The position numbers were made by a program, and so were the translations under genes. DNA of 64,000 bases, from contig JBGFRI010000014.1 in assembly GCA_041695225.1 (NCBI GenBank), positions 1 through 64,000 of the forward strand, read 5' to 3'. Numbering within the stretch: the stretch's first letter is position 1; the number at the start of each line of letters is the position of its first letter. Below are positions 1 to 10,034 of the stretch, piece by piece. The notes below the pieces were generated by a model. The model saw only the letters and a list, made by a program, of their open reading frames with translations. It had not been told where the DNA came from and made no database searches. Source of the DNA: Deinococcota bacterium (GTDB lineage Bacteria > Deinococcota > Deinococci > Deinococcales > Thermaceae).

Positions 1-1
1 C

Positions 2-916
2 CTGCCGGTGGGCGAGGTGAAGCGCGGCTTCAACCCCTTCGTGCTGAGCTTTGCGGGGCTGGACTGGCAGACACCCACCGCCGAACTGCTGTCGCAGAGC
101 CTGAGCAACAACCAGCAGACCATCATTGGCTTCCAGCGGGCGGGCATCAAGGAGAAGCGCCTGGAGGATCACCTGGTCTTCGCGCTGATGGATCTGCCCG
201 AGGTAGACTACTTCACCCAGGCCGACCTGCTCTACGACCTCTCGGGCCAGATGGTGCGGCACTTCTCCGAGGCGCTGGGCAAGACTGACGAAGAGATTGA
301 GCAGATCTTTCAGGTCAACCGCCGCCTGCTGGCCGAGTTCATCTACCAGCAGATGCAGCGCCACCGCTACCAGGAGCCCACCGAGTACGAGACCAGGGTC
401 AGCCAGGGCTTCGTCGAATTACGGCCCAGCGCGTACACCGTCCCCACTGGTGCGGCCATCCTGAACGTCTTTACTCCTCCGCCGGGCGGGGCCGAGATCG
501 GGCGCTACGTCTACGGTCACTTTAAGAGGTGCCTCTATCCGATCACCAAGTTCCAGTCGAACCCCGAGCGCATCCTGGCGGGCATCCTCGAGAACGACTC
601 GGAAAAGTGGTTTCGCCCCGCCAGAGGCCAGTTCCAGATGGAGTACCGGGTCGGGCCGGACCCGCAGGAGTACCAGCCCGACTTCGTGGCGGAGCTGGTG
701 GATCGGATTGTGATGCTCGAGGTCAAGGCCGAAAACGAGATAGAAACCCCTCAGGTGCAGGAAAAGGCGCGGGTGGCGCGGGAATGGTGTCTTCACGCCT
801 CTACACACTCCGAAGCACACGGCGGAAAGCCCTGGAGGTATCACCTGATCTCCCACAGCGCCATTCAAGCCAACATGAGTCTGGACACCCTGTTACATCA
901 GAAGAGCCTGACCTGA
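2..916 (+). CDS. Type III restriction-modification Res subunit, C-terminal part (5' end outside window)
   Basis: Frame is open from the window edge; C-terminal PD-(D/E)xK motif YQPDFVAE...MLEVKAENE typical of type III Res proteins. Confidence 0.75.
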   Translation: MPVGEVKRGFNPFVLSFAGLDWQTPTAELLSQSLSNNQQTIIGFQRAGIKEKRLEDHLVFALMDLPEVDYFTQADLLYDLSGQMVRHFSEALGKTDEEIEQIFQVNRRLLAEFIYQQMQRHRYQEPTEYETRVSQGFVELRPSAYTVPTGAAILNVFTPPPGGAEIGRYVYGHFKRCLYPITKFQSNPERILAGILENDSEKWFRPARGQFQMEYRVGPDPQEYQPDFVAELVDRIVMLEVKAENEIETPQVQEKARVAREWCLHASTHSEAHGGKPWRYHLISHSAIQANMSLDTLLHQKSLT

Positions 917-1027
917 CAGACTGGATTGAAGCATGACCGACCACCTACTGGCCCAGCACATAGATTCCTTGCACTGGGTGTTTTTCCAAACCCAATTGAT
1001 CTGGCGATTGTGCAGTTAAATGGTGGC

Positions 1028-1591
1028 ATGAAGATCTACACCAAAACCGGCGACCAGGGCGAGACCGGCCTGTATGGCGCTGACCGGGTGGGCAAAGACC
1101 ACCCCAGAGTAGAAGCCTACGGCACCGTGGACGAGGCCAACAGTGCGATTGGACTGGCTCGTGCAGCCTTGCCTGCGGCCCATGCCGATATGCAAAGTGA
1201 CCTCGAGTACCTCCAGAACGCCCTCTTTGATCTGGGGGCCGACCTCGCCACCCGCGCAGGCGGTGCTTACGAAGAGAAGCTGTCCCGCATAGATGGGCAG
1301 GACGTGGAAAGGCTCGAGGCCCTGATTGACCGCTACCAGGAGGAAGCCCCCCAGTTCACCGGCTTCATCCACCCCGCCGGCCACACTGCCGCCGCCGCTT
1401 TGCACCTGGCCCGTACCATTGTCCGCCGGGCCGAGCGCAGGGTGGTCGAGCTAATGCGCCACGAAGAGGTCAACCCGGAGGCCCTGCGCTACCTCAACCG
1501 GCTCTCGGACCTGCTCTTTACCCTGGCCCGAGCTGTAAACCAGCGCGAGGGTTTTTCCGAGGCGAAGTGGTTGGTGAAGAAGCGCCGATAG
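1028..1591 (+). CDS. Cob(I)alamin adenosyltransferase, PduO type
   Basis: MKIYTKTGDQGET, YGTVDEANS, ARTIVRRAER and YLNRLSDLLF motifs; ATG at 1028. Confidence 0.93.
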   Translation: MKIYTKTGDQGETGLYGADRVGKDHPRVEAYGTVDEANSAIGLARAALPAAHADMQSDLEYLQNALFDLGADLATRAGGAYEEKLSRIDGQDVERLEALIDRYQEEAPQFTGFIHPAGHTAAAALHLARTIVRRAERRVVELMRHEEVNPEALRYLNRLSDLLFTLARAVNQREGFSEAKWLVKKRR

Positions 1592-1598
1592 CTGGAAA

Positions 1599-1716
1599 GA
1601 ATGTCGATAGTCAATGGTCTATGGCCGATAGTCGTGTGTTTAGTGATTAAGTCCTTCATGGACCATAGACTATAGACCATAGACTATAGACCTTTGACTT
1701 TTGACCATAGACTTTC
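1599..1716. repeat. Inverted heptamer array: GAATGTC plus 4 left units, 27-nt spacer, 8 right units
   Basis: gatagtc aatggtc tatggcc gatagtc ... gaccata gactata gaccata gactata gaccttt gactttt gaccata gactttc. Confidence 0.9.
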
Positions 1717-1725
1717 TTTACACCC

Positions 1726-2505
1726 ATGCGACTTATTAGCCTGACCTGTTCCAACACCGAGATTGTCTGGGCCCTGGGCTGCTTAAAGCTGCTGGTGGGA
1801 GTGGACAGCCACTCCGACTTTCCCCCACAGGTAGCCCATCTTCCCAGGGTGGGGCCCGACTTGCAGATCGATCTGGAAAAGGTCGAAGCCCTCAAGCCCG
1901 ACCTGGTGCTGGCCAGCCTGAGCGTACCCGGCATGGAGCGGGTGGTGGAGGGTTTGGCGCAGCGGCAGATTCCCCACCTGGTGCTCGACCCGCAGACCCT
2001 GCAGGATGTCTACGACAACATTACCCAGGTGGCAGGGCTGCTAGGTGTTTCCTGGCAAGGCCAGAAGGTGGTACAGGACATGCAACGGACAATCGTCCAG
2101 GCCAGGGGCTCGCTGCCGCACTGGGTGCGCCCCCCGAAGGTGATGATGGAGTGGTGGCCCAGGCCCATAATTGCTGCCGGCAAACACAGCTGGGTCACGC
2201 AAATGTTGGAGGCATTGGGCGCCGAAAATGCCTTTGCACACCTGCCGGTGCGCTCCAAACCGCTCACGCCTGCCGAGGTAGTTGAAGCCCAACCCGACCT
2301 GATTACGGTCTCGTGGTGTGGGGTGAAAAAACTGCGTCCGGAGGTGGTCTTGAGCCGTAAGCTCGAGATTCCTGCTTTGCAGCATGAGCAGGTGTTTGCC
2401 CTCGAGGAGGCCTACTTAGGCCGTCCCGGGCCGCGTCTGGCCGAAGGGGTCAAAAAACTGGCCGAGCTGTTGCGGCAGATACCGGTCCAGCAACAAGGCC
2501 TCTAA
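1726..2505 (+). CDS. Cobalamin/metal ABC substrate-binding protein (BtuF-like)
   Basis: ISLTCSNTEIV, VGVDSHSDFP, LEKVEALKPDLV and RPGPRL motifs; adjacent to the adenosyltransferase. Confidence 0.85.
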   Translation: MRLISLTCSNTEIVWALGCLKLLVGVDSHSDFPPQVAHLPRVGPDLQIDLEKVEALKPDLVLASLSVPGMERVVEGLAQRQIPHLVLDPQTLQDVYDNITQVAGLLGVSWQGQKVVQDMQRTIVQARGSLPHWVRPPKVMMEWWPRPIIAAGKHSWVTQMLEALGAENAFAHLPVRSKPLTPAEVVEAQPDLITVSWCGVKKLRPEVVLSRKLEIPALQHEQVFALEEAYLGRPGPRLAEGVKKLAELLRQIPVQQQGL

Positions 2506-2507
2506 CT

Positions 2508-2801
2508 ATGACACCCCTGAAGGTAGTCACATACTGGGTAAGCCCAGCCAGCGAGACGCCTCTACCCGATGCAAGCGCTTTGCTGGAGGGGCTGCTCGCA
2601 GCGTTCTACGAAGCCTTTCCCGAGTATGCCGGAATACTGGCCTACAGCCAGTCTGCCCGCCTGCCCCGGCATGTGTTCGTCTACGTAAACTACGGATGTA
2701 CCGGGTTACTCCCGCCTGCGGGCCGGTTCTTGCAGGGTTTGCTGCATAGAGCCTTCCCCCATGGACAGGTACGGGCCTATGGGAAGGTCTGGCAACAATA
2801 A
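2508..2801 (+). CDS. Hypothetical protein
   Basis: 97-aa ORF starting 2 nt after the upstream stop codon. Confidence 0.6.
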   Translation: MTPLKVVTYWVSPASETPLPDASALLEGLLAAFYEAFPEYAGILAYSQSARLPRHVFVYVNYGCTGLLPPAGRFLQGLLHRAFPHGQVRAYGKVWQQ

Positions 2802-2832
2802 AGGAGCTGTAGAGCCTGATGGCAACGCCGCA

Positions 2833-4599
2833 TTATGGCCTGAATACTGCCACTGTTCCCCCCTGGCGCAAAGTTCCGCTACCCACCGCCAGGCGCGGTG
2901 TACCGGGGCTCCAGGCCACGGCGTATAAGGGGCGCACAAAGCCCGAAATGGTCTTTTTTGGCTGGCCGCGGGTGTTCCACAAGCGCAGGGTTTTGTCCCA
3001 GCCTACGCTGGCCAGCTGGCTGCCATCTGGGCTCCAGGTCAGGGCGCGAACCGGCTGGGTGTGGCCGCGCAGGGTTTGCTTTAAGTCCCCACTGCGGGCA
3101 TCCCACAGTTTCAAGGTCTGGTCGTAGCTGGCAGTGGCCAGGGTTCGTCCATCGGGGCTCAGGGCCAGGCCAAAGATGCCGAGCGGGTGAGCCTTAAAGC
3201 TGCGCTGCTGCCGCATCGTGCCGCCCTGTATGCTCCACCAGGAGAGGGTGCTGTCGGCGCTGCTGCTAATCAGGGTGCGCCCATCGTGGCTCCAGGCCAG
3301 GCCGGTCAGGTCGGACTCGTGGGCGCGAAACTCCAGTAGCAGTCTTCCCTCCCGCCAGTCCCACAACCGCAGCAGCCGGTCCCGCCCCCCGGTGGCCAGC
3401 CAGCGCCCATCCCGGCTCCAGGCCAGCGAGCCCACCCCATTACCGTGGGCCGCTAGAGTTCGCTTTAGCCCCCCGGTACTAACCCCGTAGATGCGGGTCT
3501 CGCCATCGCGGCTACCAGCGGCCAGGTGCTGTCCATCGGGCGAAAAAGCCAGGGCAGTAATCTCCAGCTCGGCCCCGGTCAGCCTGCGAACTACCTGGCC
3601 CTGACGGTTCCACAGCCAGACCTCGGCGTCCCTGCCTCCGCTGGCTAGCAGACGGCCATCCGGGCTATAAACCAACGTGGTAACCGAGGCAGCAGGGGGT
3701 TCAATGGTACCCAGCAGCTGCCCCGAGATATTCCATAACCGCGCGCGACCGTCGTCGTGGCCACTCAGTAGCCTCTCGCCTGCTACTGCCAGACTCAGCA
3801 CCGAGGCCGACTGGATGCTGCGCAGGGGCCTGGCTTGTTGCCAGAAAGTAATCCGGCCGTCGTGGCCTGCGCTGATCAATTGGCCATCTCTCCTCCAGAT
3901 CAGAGCGCTCAATGCCAGGGTGTGGGCTTGGTACTGCTGTAAGAAATTTCCCCTGGCATCCCAGAGCTGGATCTGCCCATCGCGGTCACCGGTTGCCAGG
4001 CGACCATCAGGTCCCCAGGCCAGGGCCCGCACCAGGCTGCGCCCCAGCAACGGGAAGCGGCTGCCGCCCTGGCGGTTCCAAAAAAACACTCCGTTTAGCC
4101 CACCCCCGGCCAGCACAGAACCATCGGGGGAAAACCCCACGCAATAAATAAATCCCCTTCCCTCGCTCAGTTTTTCGGTCTGTCCGCTCAGGCTCCATAG
4201 CCGCAGGTTGCCGTCGGCGCCGCCACTCAGAATTTGCCGGCCATCCGGGCTAAAGCGGGCTGCCCAGACCTGGTCACGGTGGCCCTGCAAAACCCCGGTT
4301 ACCAAGCCAGTCCGGGGGTTCCACAGCCTGAGGGTGGCGTCGGCGGAGGCGCTTAGCAACAGTCCATTGGGGGCAAACTCGAGGCTCTGTACAGTGTCGG
4401 TGTGCCCGCTCAGGGTACGCAAAAAGCGTCCCTTGGCAAGGTAAAGCTGAATATACGCGTCGGCCCCCAGGGCCATAACCCCGCCCTGTCCGAGGGCAAC
4501 CGCACTCACCGGGGCCCGATGCCCCGAGAGAATCTGCTCTGGCTGCCCTGCCAATGCGGCGGCCAGGCCCACCAATAACCAACTGAGCAACTGTAGCAC
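2833..4599 (-). CDS. WD40 repeat (beta-propeller) protein, probably exported
   Basis: Many GH...LASGG.D..VRLW repeats; hydrophobic N-terminus. Confidence 0.9.
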   Translation of the reverse strand: MLQLLSWLLVGLAAALAGQPEQILSGHRAPVSAVALGQGGVMALGADAYIQLYLAKGRFLRTLSGHTDTVQSLEFAPNGLLLSASADATLRLWNPRTGLVTGVLQGHRDQVWAARFSPDGRQILSGGADGNLRLWSLSGQTEKLSEGRGFIYCVGFSPDGSVLAGGGLNGVFFWNRQGGSRFPLLGRSLVRALAWGPDGRLATGDRDGQIQLWDARGNFLQQYQAHTLALSALIWRRDGQLISAGHDGRITFWQQARPLRSIQSASVLSLAVAGERLLSGHDDGRARLWNISGQLLGTIEPPAASVTTLVYSPDGRLLASGGRDAEVWLWNRQGQVVRRLTGAELEITALAFSPDGQHLAAGSRDGETRIYGVSTGGLKRTLAAHGNGVGSLAWSRDGRWLATGGRDRLLRLWDWREGRLLLEFRAHESDLTGLAWSHDGRTLISSSADSTLSWWSIQGGTMRQQRSFKAHPLGIFGLALSPDGRTLATASYDQTLKLWDARSGDLKQTLRGHTQPVRALTWSPDGSQLASVGWDKTLRLWNTRGQPKKTISGFVRPLYAVAWSPGTPRLAVGSGTLRQGGTVAVFRP

Positions 4600-4722
4600 C
4601 TACATAGCTTATTAGTATGTCTTTGTCCAGGAATTAGAGACGGCCTGTCAAGCCATCAATAAATGTTACCGAACTCTCCTGTCGTCGCGCCCTGGAGCTA
4701 CTCCCGCTTCGAGATCGGACTC

Positions 4723-5114
4723 ATGGATTAATCACTCCCATTCTCGGTCATTCCATCATCCGGCATATGGCGTATCTCCATGGAAGCAAGGTTAGCTCCG
4801 CTAACACCAGGCTTCAAAGCCAGCAATCTCACCTGGGCGCACCAGTACCTCGACCCTCGACCAAAGACCTGAGACCTGCGACATTCAATGAGTCGATAGC
4901 CGATAGCCGATAGCTAATAGGTTTTGACCTGCTAGCCGAGACTATGGCCGATGGCTGATAGCTTTTGGCTTGGGACTTGCGACCTGAGACCGATTTTTGA
5001 CCTTCGACCCTCGACCTTCGACCCGCGACTAACTTCCGACCTGAGACCTGCGACTTTCTTTCTAGACCATAGACTGGGTGATGGAGTGGCCGAAGATGCG
5101 GATGATTAATCCAT
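4723..5114. repeat. Composite repeat: ~42-bp inverted ends enclosing a heptamer array (4852-5078)
   Basis: ATGGATTAATCA at 4723 and TGATTAATCCAT ending at 5114; internal gacctga/gatagcc units. Confidence 0.75.
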
Positions 5115-5150
5115 ACTTCCCTTTAGCTGGCGCGATCTGGACGCTTGCCA

Positions 5151-5183
5151 TTGTCAACCTCGAGAAGGTATTTTGGTTTACGT
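5151..5183. promoter_or_regulatory. Probable BirA operator
   Basis: TTGTCAACC-N15-GGTTTACGT overlapping the birA start; matches the TGTaAACC-N14/16-GGTTtACA BirA box. Confidence 0.75.
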
Positions 5184-6126
5184 GTCTGTTCTGCTGAGCC
5201 ACCTAGATGACCGGTTCCAGAGTGGCCAGAGCCTGGCCCAGCGACTGGGCATCAGCCGGGCGGCGGTCTGGAAGCAGATCGAAGGGCTGCGCCTGGCCGG
5301 GTATCCGGTGCAGGCCCAAAGGGCCCAAGGATACCGGCTAAAGCCGGGAAGTCCCAGCCCGCAGGCCCTACAGGCAGTTCGCCGGGGCGGCTTTGGGACC
5401 TTTTATGCCTACCTGGGAACTACCAGCAGCACCCAGGATGTACTCAAAGCCTGGGCGCTGGACGGGGCGGAGGAGGGCGCGGTAGTGCTGGCCGAACGAC
5501 AGGAGCAGGGTCGCGGCCGGCGGGGCCGGGCCTGGGTTAGCCAGGCCGGAAATAGCCTGACCTTCTCGGTGCTGCTGCGCCCCAAGATGCCCTTATCCTC
5601 CCTGCCGCTCTTGTCGCTGGCGGCCGGCCTGGCCCTGTGCGAAGCCTGCGGCGTGGGTGGGCTCAAGTGGCCCAACGATCTGCTGGTAGCGGGCTCGTCC
5701 ACCGGCAGACAGGTGCGAGCTTATCGCAAGGCGGCGGGGGTGCTCCTGGAAGCACAGATTAGCGGGGAAGAGGTGGCCTACGCGATTCTGGGGGTTGGGG
5801 TAAACGTACATCGGGAGGGCTTTAGTGAGCCGGAGGTGGCCTATCTGGACGAATTTATAGAAGCCTCCAGAGTTGGGGTACTGGCCAGTTTTTTAGCGCG
5901 ACTGGAGGCTCGCTACACCCAGCTTCACCACGACCTCGAGGGCGTTTTGCAGGACTATAAGGCCAGATGCCTCACCCTGGGGCAGCAGGTCCGGGTGGTC
6001 ACGCCTGCGGGCGAAATTCGGGGTGAGGCCTGCGACATTGCACCAGACGGCTCGCTGCTGGTGCAGAGTTTAGACCAGAAACACCGTGTTAGTGCCGGAG
6101 ATGTTGAGCTGATTGGAGTTTTGTAA
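5182..6126 (+). CDS. birA: Bifunctional biotin ligase / repressor
   Basis: N-terminal HTH SGQSLAQRLGISRAAVWK; GRGRRGR and LKWPNDL motifs; start is 5182 or 5173. Confidence 0.93.
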   Translation: MSVLLSHLDDRFQSGQSLAQRLGISRAAVWKQIEGLRLAGYPVQAQRAQGYRLKPGSPSPQALQAVRRGGFGTFYAYLGTTSSTQDVLKAWALDGAEEGAVVLAERQEQGRGRRGRAWVSQAGNSLTFSVLLRPKMPLSSLPLLSLAAGLALCEACGVGGLKWPNDLLVAGSSTGRQVRAYRKAAGVLLEAQISGEEVAYAILGVGVNVHREGFSEPEVAYLDEFIEASRVGVLASFLARLEARYTQLHHDLEGVLQDYKARCLTLGQQVRVVTPAGEIRGEACDIAPDGSLLVQSLDQKHRVSAGDVELIGVL

Positions 6127-6138
6127 AGGAGAAGATTT

Positions 6139-6735
6139 ATGAACCCAACCCAAAGCCTGCCATACCTACCTTTGTCCAAGTCACTTTTTCCCGCTCGCAG
6201 CCTGCGGCGGGATGTGCTCCTGATGTTTGCGGGCAGCCTGTTGCTGGCGCTGCTTTCCCAGGCTGCCATTCCCTTGCAGCCGGTGCCCATCACGCTGCAA
6301 ACCCTGGGAGTGCTACTGGTGGGAGCAGCTCTGGGTAGCCGCCTGGGTTTTCTGGCGGTACTGGCCTACCTGCTGGCTGGTCTGGTGCTGCCGGTGTTTG
6401 CTGGTGGGGCTACCTGGTTTCACCCTCGCATCCCCTTTACCGCCGGCTATCTGCTGGCCTTTCCGCTGGCCGCCTTGCTGGTGGGCTACCTGGTGGAACG
6501 CTATGGCACCGACCGCAGCGTGCTCAAGACCTTTGCTGCCATGTTGCTGGCCAGCCTGCTGATATACGCGGTTGGGGTGAGCTGGCTGGGCCTGGCCTTG
6601 AGCTGGGCAGGACAGTACACCGGAGTCTGGGCGGTGCTACAGGCCGGGATGTTTCCTTTCCTGCTGGGCGACCTGGTAAAAGCTGCCATTGCTGCTGCAC
6701 TCTTGCCTAGCGCCTGGCGCTTTCTTCGTCGCTAG
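6139..6735 (+). CDS. bioY: Biotin transporter
   Basis: PVPITLQTL, LPVFAGG, TAGYL and PFLLGDLVK motifs; RBS AAGGAG. Confidence 0.93.
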   Translation: MNPTQSLPYLPLSKSLFPARSLRRDVLLMFAGSLLLALLSQAAIPLQPVPITLQTLGVLLVGAALGSRLGFLAVLAYLLAGLVLPVFAGGATWFHPRIPFTAGYLLAFPLAALLVGYLVERYGTDRSVLKTFAAMLLASLLIYAVGVSWLGLALSWAGQYTGVWAVLQAGMFPFLLGDLVKAAIAAALLPSAWRFLRR

Positions 6736-6967
6736 ACTCCGGGCCCGAACCATCCTCTCCCGTTTTGGCGTCTTTGGGTCTGGCTCCTCTGGCGGCCCAG
6801 CGAATCACCAGTGGCATCAGCAGCCAGTAGGCAGCCCCTGCCAGCAACCCGACAGGTAGGCCCAGCAGCAGCGCTAGCCAGAAACCCAGCTGCTGGATCT
6901 GGGCTACGATGCTAAGAATCCAGGCTATGCCTGCCACCATGCCCACTTCCTGCCACTGGACTCTCAT
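6707..6967 (-). CDS. Small membrane protein
   Basis: ATG overlaps the aroQ stop (ATGA); two hydrophobic helices. Confidence 0.6.
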   Translation of the reverse strand: MRVQWQEVGMVAGIAWILSIVAQIQQLGFWLALLLGLPVGLLAGAAYWLLMPLVIRWAARGARPKDAKTGEDGSGPESSDEESARR

Positions 6968-7404
6968 GGCTGGGCCTCTAACAGATCGGCCAGATAGACC
7001 AGGGCCATCTTGTAGGAGATGGGCCCAAACCCCGAGACCAGCCCCCTGGCAGCAGCAGCGGTGAGGGAGTGGCGGCGGAACTCCTCGCGGGCGTGGATGT
7101 TGGAAAGGTGCACTTCCAGCACCGGCAGGTCCTGGGCGCGAACCGCGTCCAGCAACGCTACCGAGTAGTGGGTGAGGGCGGCTGGGTTTAAAATGATTCC
7201 GCGGAAACCCTCGTCTTTGGCCTGTTGAATCCACTCCACCAGCTGCCCCTCGAAGTTCGACTGGCGGCAGACTACCCCAAAGCCCAGCTCTGCCCCCCAG
7301 GCCTGGCACAGCTCCTCGAGCTCTTCCAGGCTGGTTTTGCCATACAATCCAGTCTCACGCTTGCCCAGCAGGTTCAGGTTGGGGCCATTGAGGATAAGGA
7401 TCAT
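6964..7404 (-). CDS. aroQ: Type II 3-dehydroquinate dehydratase
   Basis: LNGPNLNLLGKRE, NPAALTH and EVHLSNIHAREEFR motifs. Confidence 0.96.
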   Translation of the reverse strand: MILILNGPNLNLLGKRETGLYGKTSLEELEELCQAWGAELGFGVVCRQSNFEGQLVEWIQQAKDEGFRGIILNPAALTHYSVALLDAVRAQDLPVLEVHLSNIHAREEFRRHSLTAAAARGLVSGFGPISYKMALVYLADLLEAQP

Positions 7405-7754
7405 TTGACTATATGCTAACGGAGCAGCGTCTCAATCGGCAACATTAGGGAAAGGCAGGGTTTTATCGCATCCTCCATGGCGACGCTTACAGCACCTGGG
7501 GAAATGGGCGATCCATGTATAAAAGCCGGAGGCCTACGGGGCATTTGCTAGAAGGACAGAACTGCGCGTAAGAGTGCGAATCTACTAAGCGGTGACCTTG
7601 ACCCCCCACCCTTCCCTCCCCCGCAAGGGGGAGGAGGCATCACAATCGTTTCTATATAGCTTCAAAGAGGGTCAGGATTTGCTGATAGAGGTCTGCCCGG
7701 GCCTTGCTCGTGTGAACGACTCGTAAATCTCGGCTGCCCTGCTATACTTCCCCC

Positions 7755-8336
7755 ATGCGCGAACGAATACTGGGGCGTATACAGCGGGCTCTCGAGCACC
7801 GTCCCAGACTGGTGGCACCGGACTCGCTGGCCCCGCTCAGACTCTCTGCCGAGGAGGCTTTGAACCTTTTTACCGCGCGACTGACTGAAAATGGTGGCGA
7901 GGTAGTGCGTCTGGAGGGCCTGGAAGCAGCCCAGGACTGGCTTGGCGAGTTTTCCCAGACCTTCAGCGGGGTTGCTGTAAGCCGGACACTGCCTCCTGCC
8001 CTTCACCCCAGGCTTCCTACCATGCCTCCTGCGGAGGCCCCGCTGGGCATCTCCTGGGCCATTGGGGCCGTGGCCGAGACCGGTACGGTGCTCTTGAGTA
8101 GCCTCGAGGGTCGTCTTATCCAGCTTCTGCCACCATCGCACCTGGTCTTTTTGAGTCAGGATAAAATCTATCCGTCGCTTTTTGCCGCCCTCGAGGCCCT
8201 GAAACCCGACCTCCCCTCTGCTATCGGACTGCACTCGGGCCCCAGCAAGTCGGCCGATATCGGCCAGATTATGGTCAAGGGCGTCCACGGCCCAGGCCGG
8301 CTGGTTGTGGCGGTGCTGTCTGGGGTGCAGGACTAG
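7755..8336 (+). CDS. LUD domain protein (LutC/YkgG family)
   Basis: AVAETGT and SGPSKSADI...KGVHGP motifs. Confidence 0.88.
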   Translation: MRERILGRIQRALEHRPRLVAPDSLAPLRLSAEEALNLFTARLTENGGEVVRLEGLEAAQDWLGEFSQTFSGVAVSRTLPPALHPRLPTMPPAEAPLGISWAIGAVAETGTVLLSSLEGRLIQLLPPSHLVFLSQDKIYPSLFAALEALKPDLPSAIGLHSGPSKSADIGQIMVKGVHGPGRLVVAVLSGVQD

Positions 8337-8338
8337 TG

Positions 8339-8537
8339 GAGTGTCACAAGCCTCAGGTCGATGGTCAAAAGCTATCAGTTATCAGCTATTGGCCATGGGC
8401 TGATGGAATGTCTCAGGTCTCGGGTCGCAGGTCAGGCCGCTCGTTGAGCGTAAGGTGCTTGCTTCGCCGCCCATTCAGCGAAGATTTCTGGCTTCGCGGT
8501 TTTACCCTCGACCCTAGACCCTAGACAAACGACTTGC
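8339..8537. repeat. Nested inverted heptamer array with ~70-nt spacer
   Basis: acaagcc tcaggtc gatggtc ... gaatgtc tcaggtc tcgggtc gcaggtc ... gacccta gacccta gacaaac gacttgc. Confidence 0.85.
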
Positions 8538-8611
8538 GAGCAGTGCTCGCCACCTCTGCAAACCCAACCTGATATACACAATCAACCTGGCCCCCAGCCT
8601 AGACTGGTAGC

Positions 8612-10033
8612 ATGACCCAGGCCCGAACCCTTGGTGAACTTAGGCGCGCCTATCCCCTTGAAAAACTCCGCCGAAGCGTAAAGGACGAGGCACGAGAAAA
8701 CCTGATTGCCAAAATTCGCAGTGGCCAGAGGCTCTTTCCCGGCATTCAGGGCTACGACGACTCGGTAATCCCCAGCCTGGTCAACGCCATTCTGGCCCGG
8801 CACAACTTCATCCTGCTGGGGCTGCGCGGCCAGGCTAAGAGCCGCATTCTGCGCCAGCTGACCGAGCTTTTAGACGACCAGATCCCGGCGCTGCCCACCG
8901 AGATTCGCGACAATCCCTTGTTCCCGCTCTCGGCAGAAGCCCGGCGCCTGCTGGACGAAGCCGGCGACGATACGCCCATTGTCTGGATTCCCCGTTCTAG
9001 CCGCTATGTGGAAAAACTAGCCACTCCCGACACCACCGTGGCCGACCTTCTGGGCGACATTGACCCCATCAAAGCGGCAAAGCGCGGTAGCGGTCTGGGT
9101 GACCTCGAGGCTGTCCACTACGGCCTTCTGCCCCGCGCCAACCGGGGCATTTTCGCTATCAACGAGGTAGCCGACCTGGCCCCAAAGGTGCAGGTAGCCC
9201 TGTTCAACATCCTGCAGGAGGGCGACGTGCAGATCCGGGGCTATCCGGTGCGGCTGGAGCTGGATGTCTGGATCGCCTTCACCGCCAACCCGCAGGACTA
9301 TACCGCCCGCGGTAAGATTGTTACCCCGCTCAAAGACCGCATCGGTTCGGAAATTCGTACCCACTACCCCCGAACACTGTCCGAGGGGCTTTCTATTACC
9401 CAGCAAGAGGCCTGGGTTGCCCGCGCCGAGGGTATGTATCTGCCGGCTTACGTGGCCGAGGCCGTGGAGGCGGTAGCCTTTGTGGCCCGCGAAGACAAGC
9501 GGGTGGACAAAAGTTCGGGGGTTTCGCAGCGCCTCTCCATCAGCTTGCTGGAACTGGTGGCCTCGGGGGCCGAACACCGTGCGCTGCTGCTGGGCGAGCG
9601 CCCGGTGGCCCGGCCCATTGACCTGTACACCGCCCTGCCGGCCATTACCGGCAAGATTGAGCTGGAGTACGAGGGCGAGCTCCAGGGGGCCGAGCGGGTG
9701 GCCAAAGACCTGCTGCTCAAAGCCTTTGGCCTGGCCTATGGCGAGCGTGCGCGCGGCCTGCCGGTAGACGAGATTGTGCAGTACTTTGCCGAGGGCAACC
9801 TGCTCACCCTGCCCGAGGGTAGCGCAAAAACAGTATTGAAGGAGATGGAAAAAGTTCCCGGCCTGATTGCGGCCGCCAGAAAACTCGAGCCCCAGGCCAG
9901 CCCCGAGGCCTTAGTGGCGGCGGGGGAGTTTATCCTGGAGGGCCTGGCCGGCCGTCGCAAGATTGCCCGAGGCGAGGAGAGCTACACCGCCCCGGTCGAG
10001 CGAGAGCGGGAAAGATGGGGAAGCGGGAACTAA
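8612..10033 (+). CDS. AAA+ ATPase (Mg-chelatase ChlI/MoxR-like)
   Basis: Variant Walker A GLRGQAKS, FAINEVADL, and ANPQDY...PLKDRIG. Confidence 0.85.
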   Translation: MTQARTLGELRRAYPLEKLRRSVKDEARENLIAKIRSGQRLFPGIQGYDDSVIPSLVNAILARHNFILLGLRGQAKSRILRQLTELLDDQIPALPTEIRDNPLFPLSAEARRLLDEAGDDTPIVWIPRSSRYVEKLATPDTTVADLLGDIDPIKAAKRGSGLGDLEAVHYGLLPRANRGIFAINEVADLAPKVQVALFNILQEGDVQIRGYPVRLELDVWIAFTANPQDYTARGKIVTPLKDRIGSEIRTHYPRTLSEGLSITQQEAWVARAEGMYLPAYVAEAVEAVAFVAREDKRVDKSSGVSQRLSISLLELVASGAEHRALLLGERPVARPIDLYTALPAITGKIELEYEGELQGAERVAKDLLLKAFGLAYGERARGLPVDEIVQYFAEGNLLTLPEGSAKTVLKEMEKVPGLIAAARKLEPQASPEALVAAGEFILEGLAGRRKIARGEESYTAPVERERERWGSGN

Positions 10034-10034
10034 G

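Noticed and set aside
917..1027. Cobalamin riboswitch before the B12-related genes
   Set aside because: No B12-box or conserved core is visible
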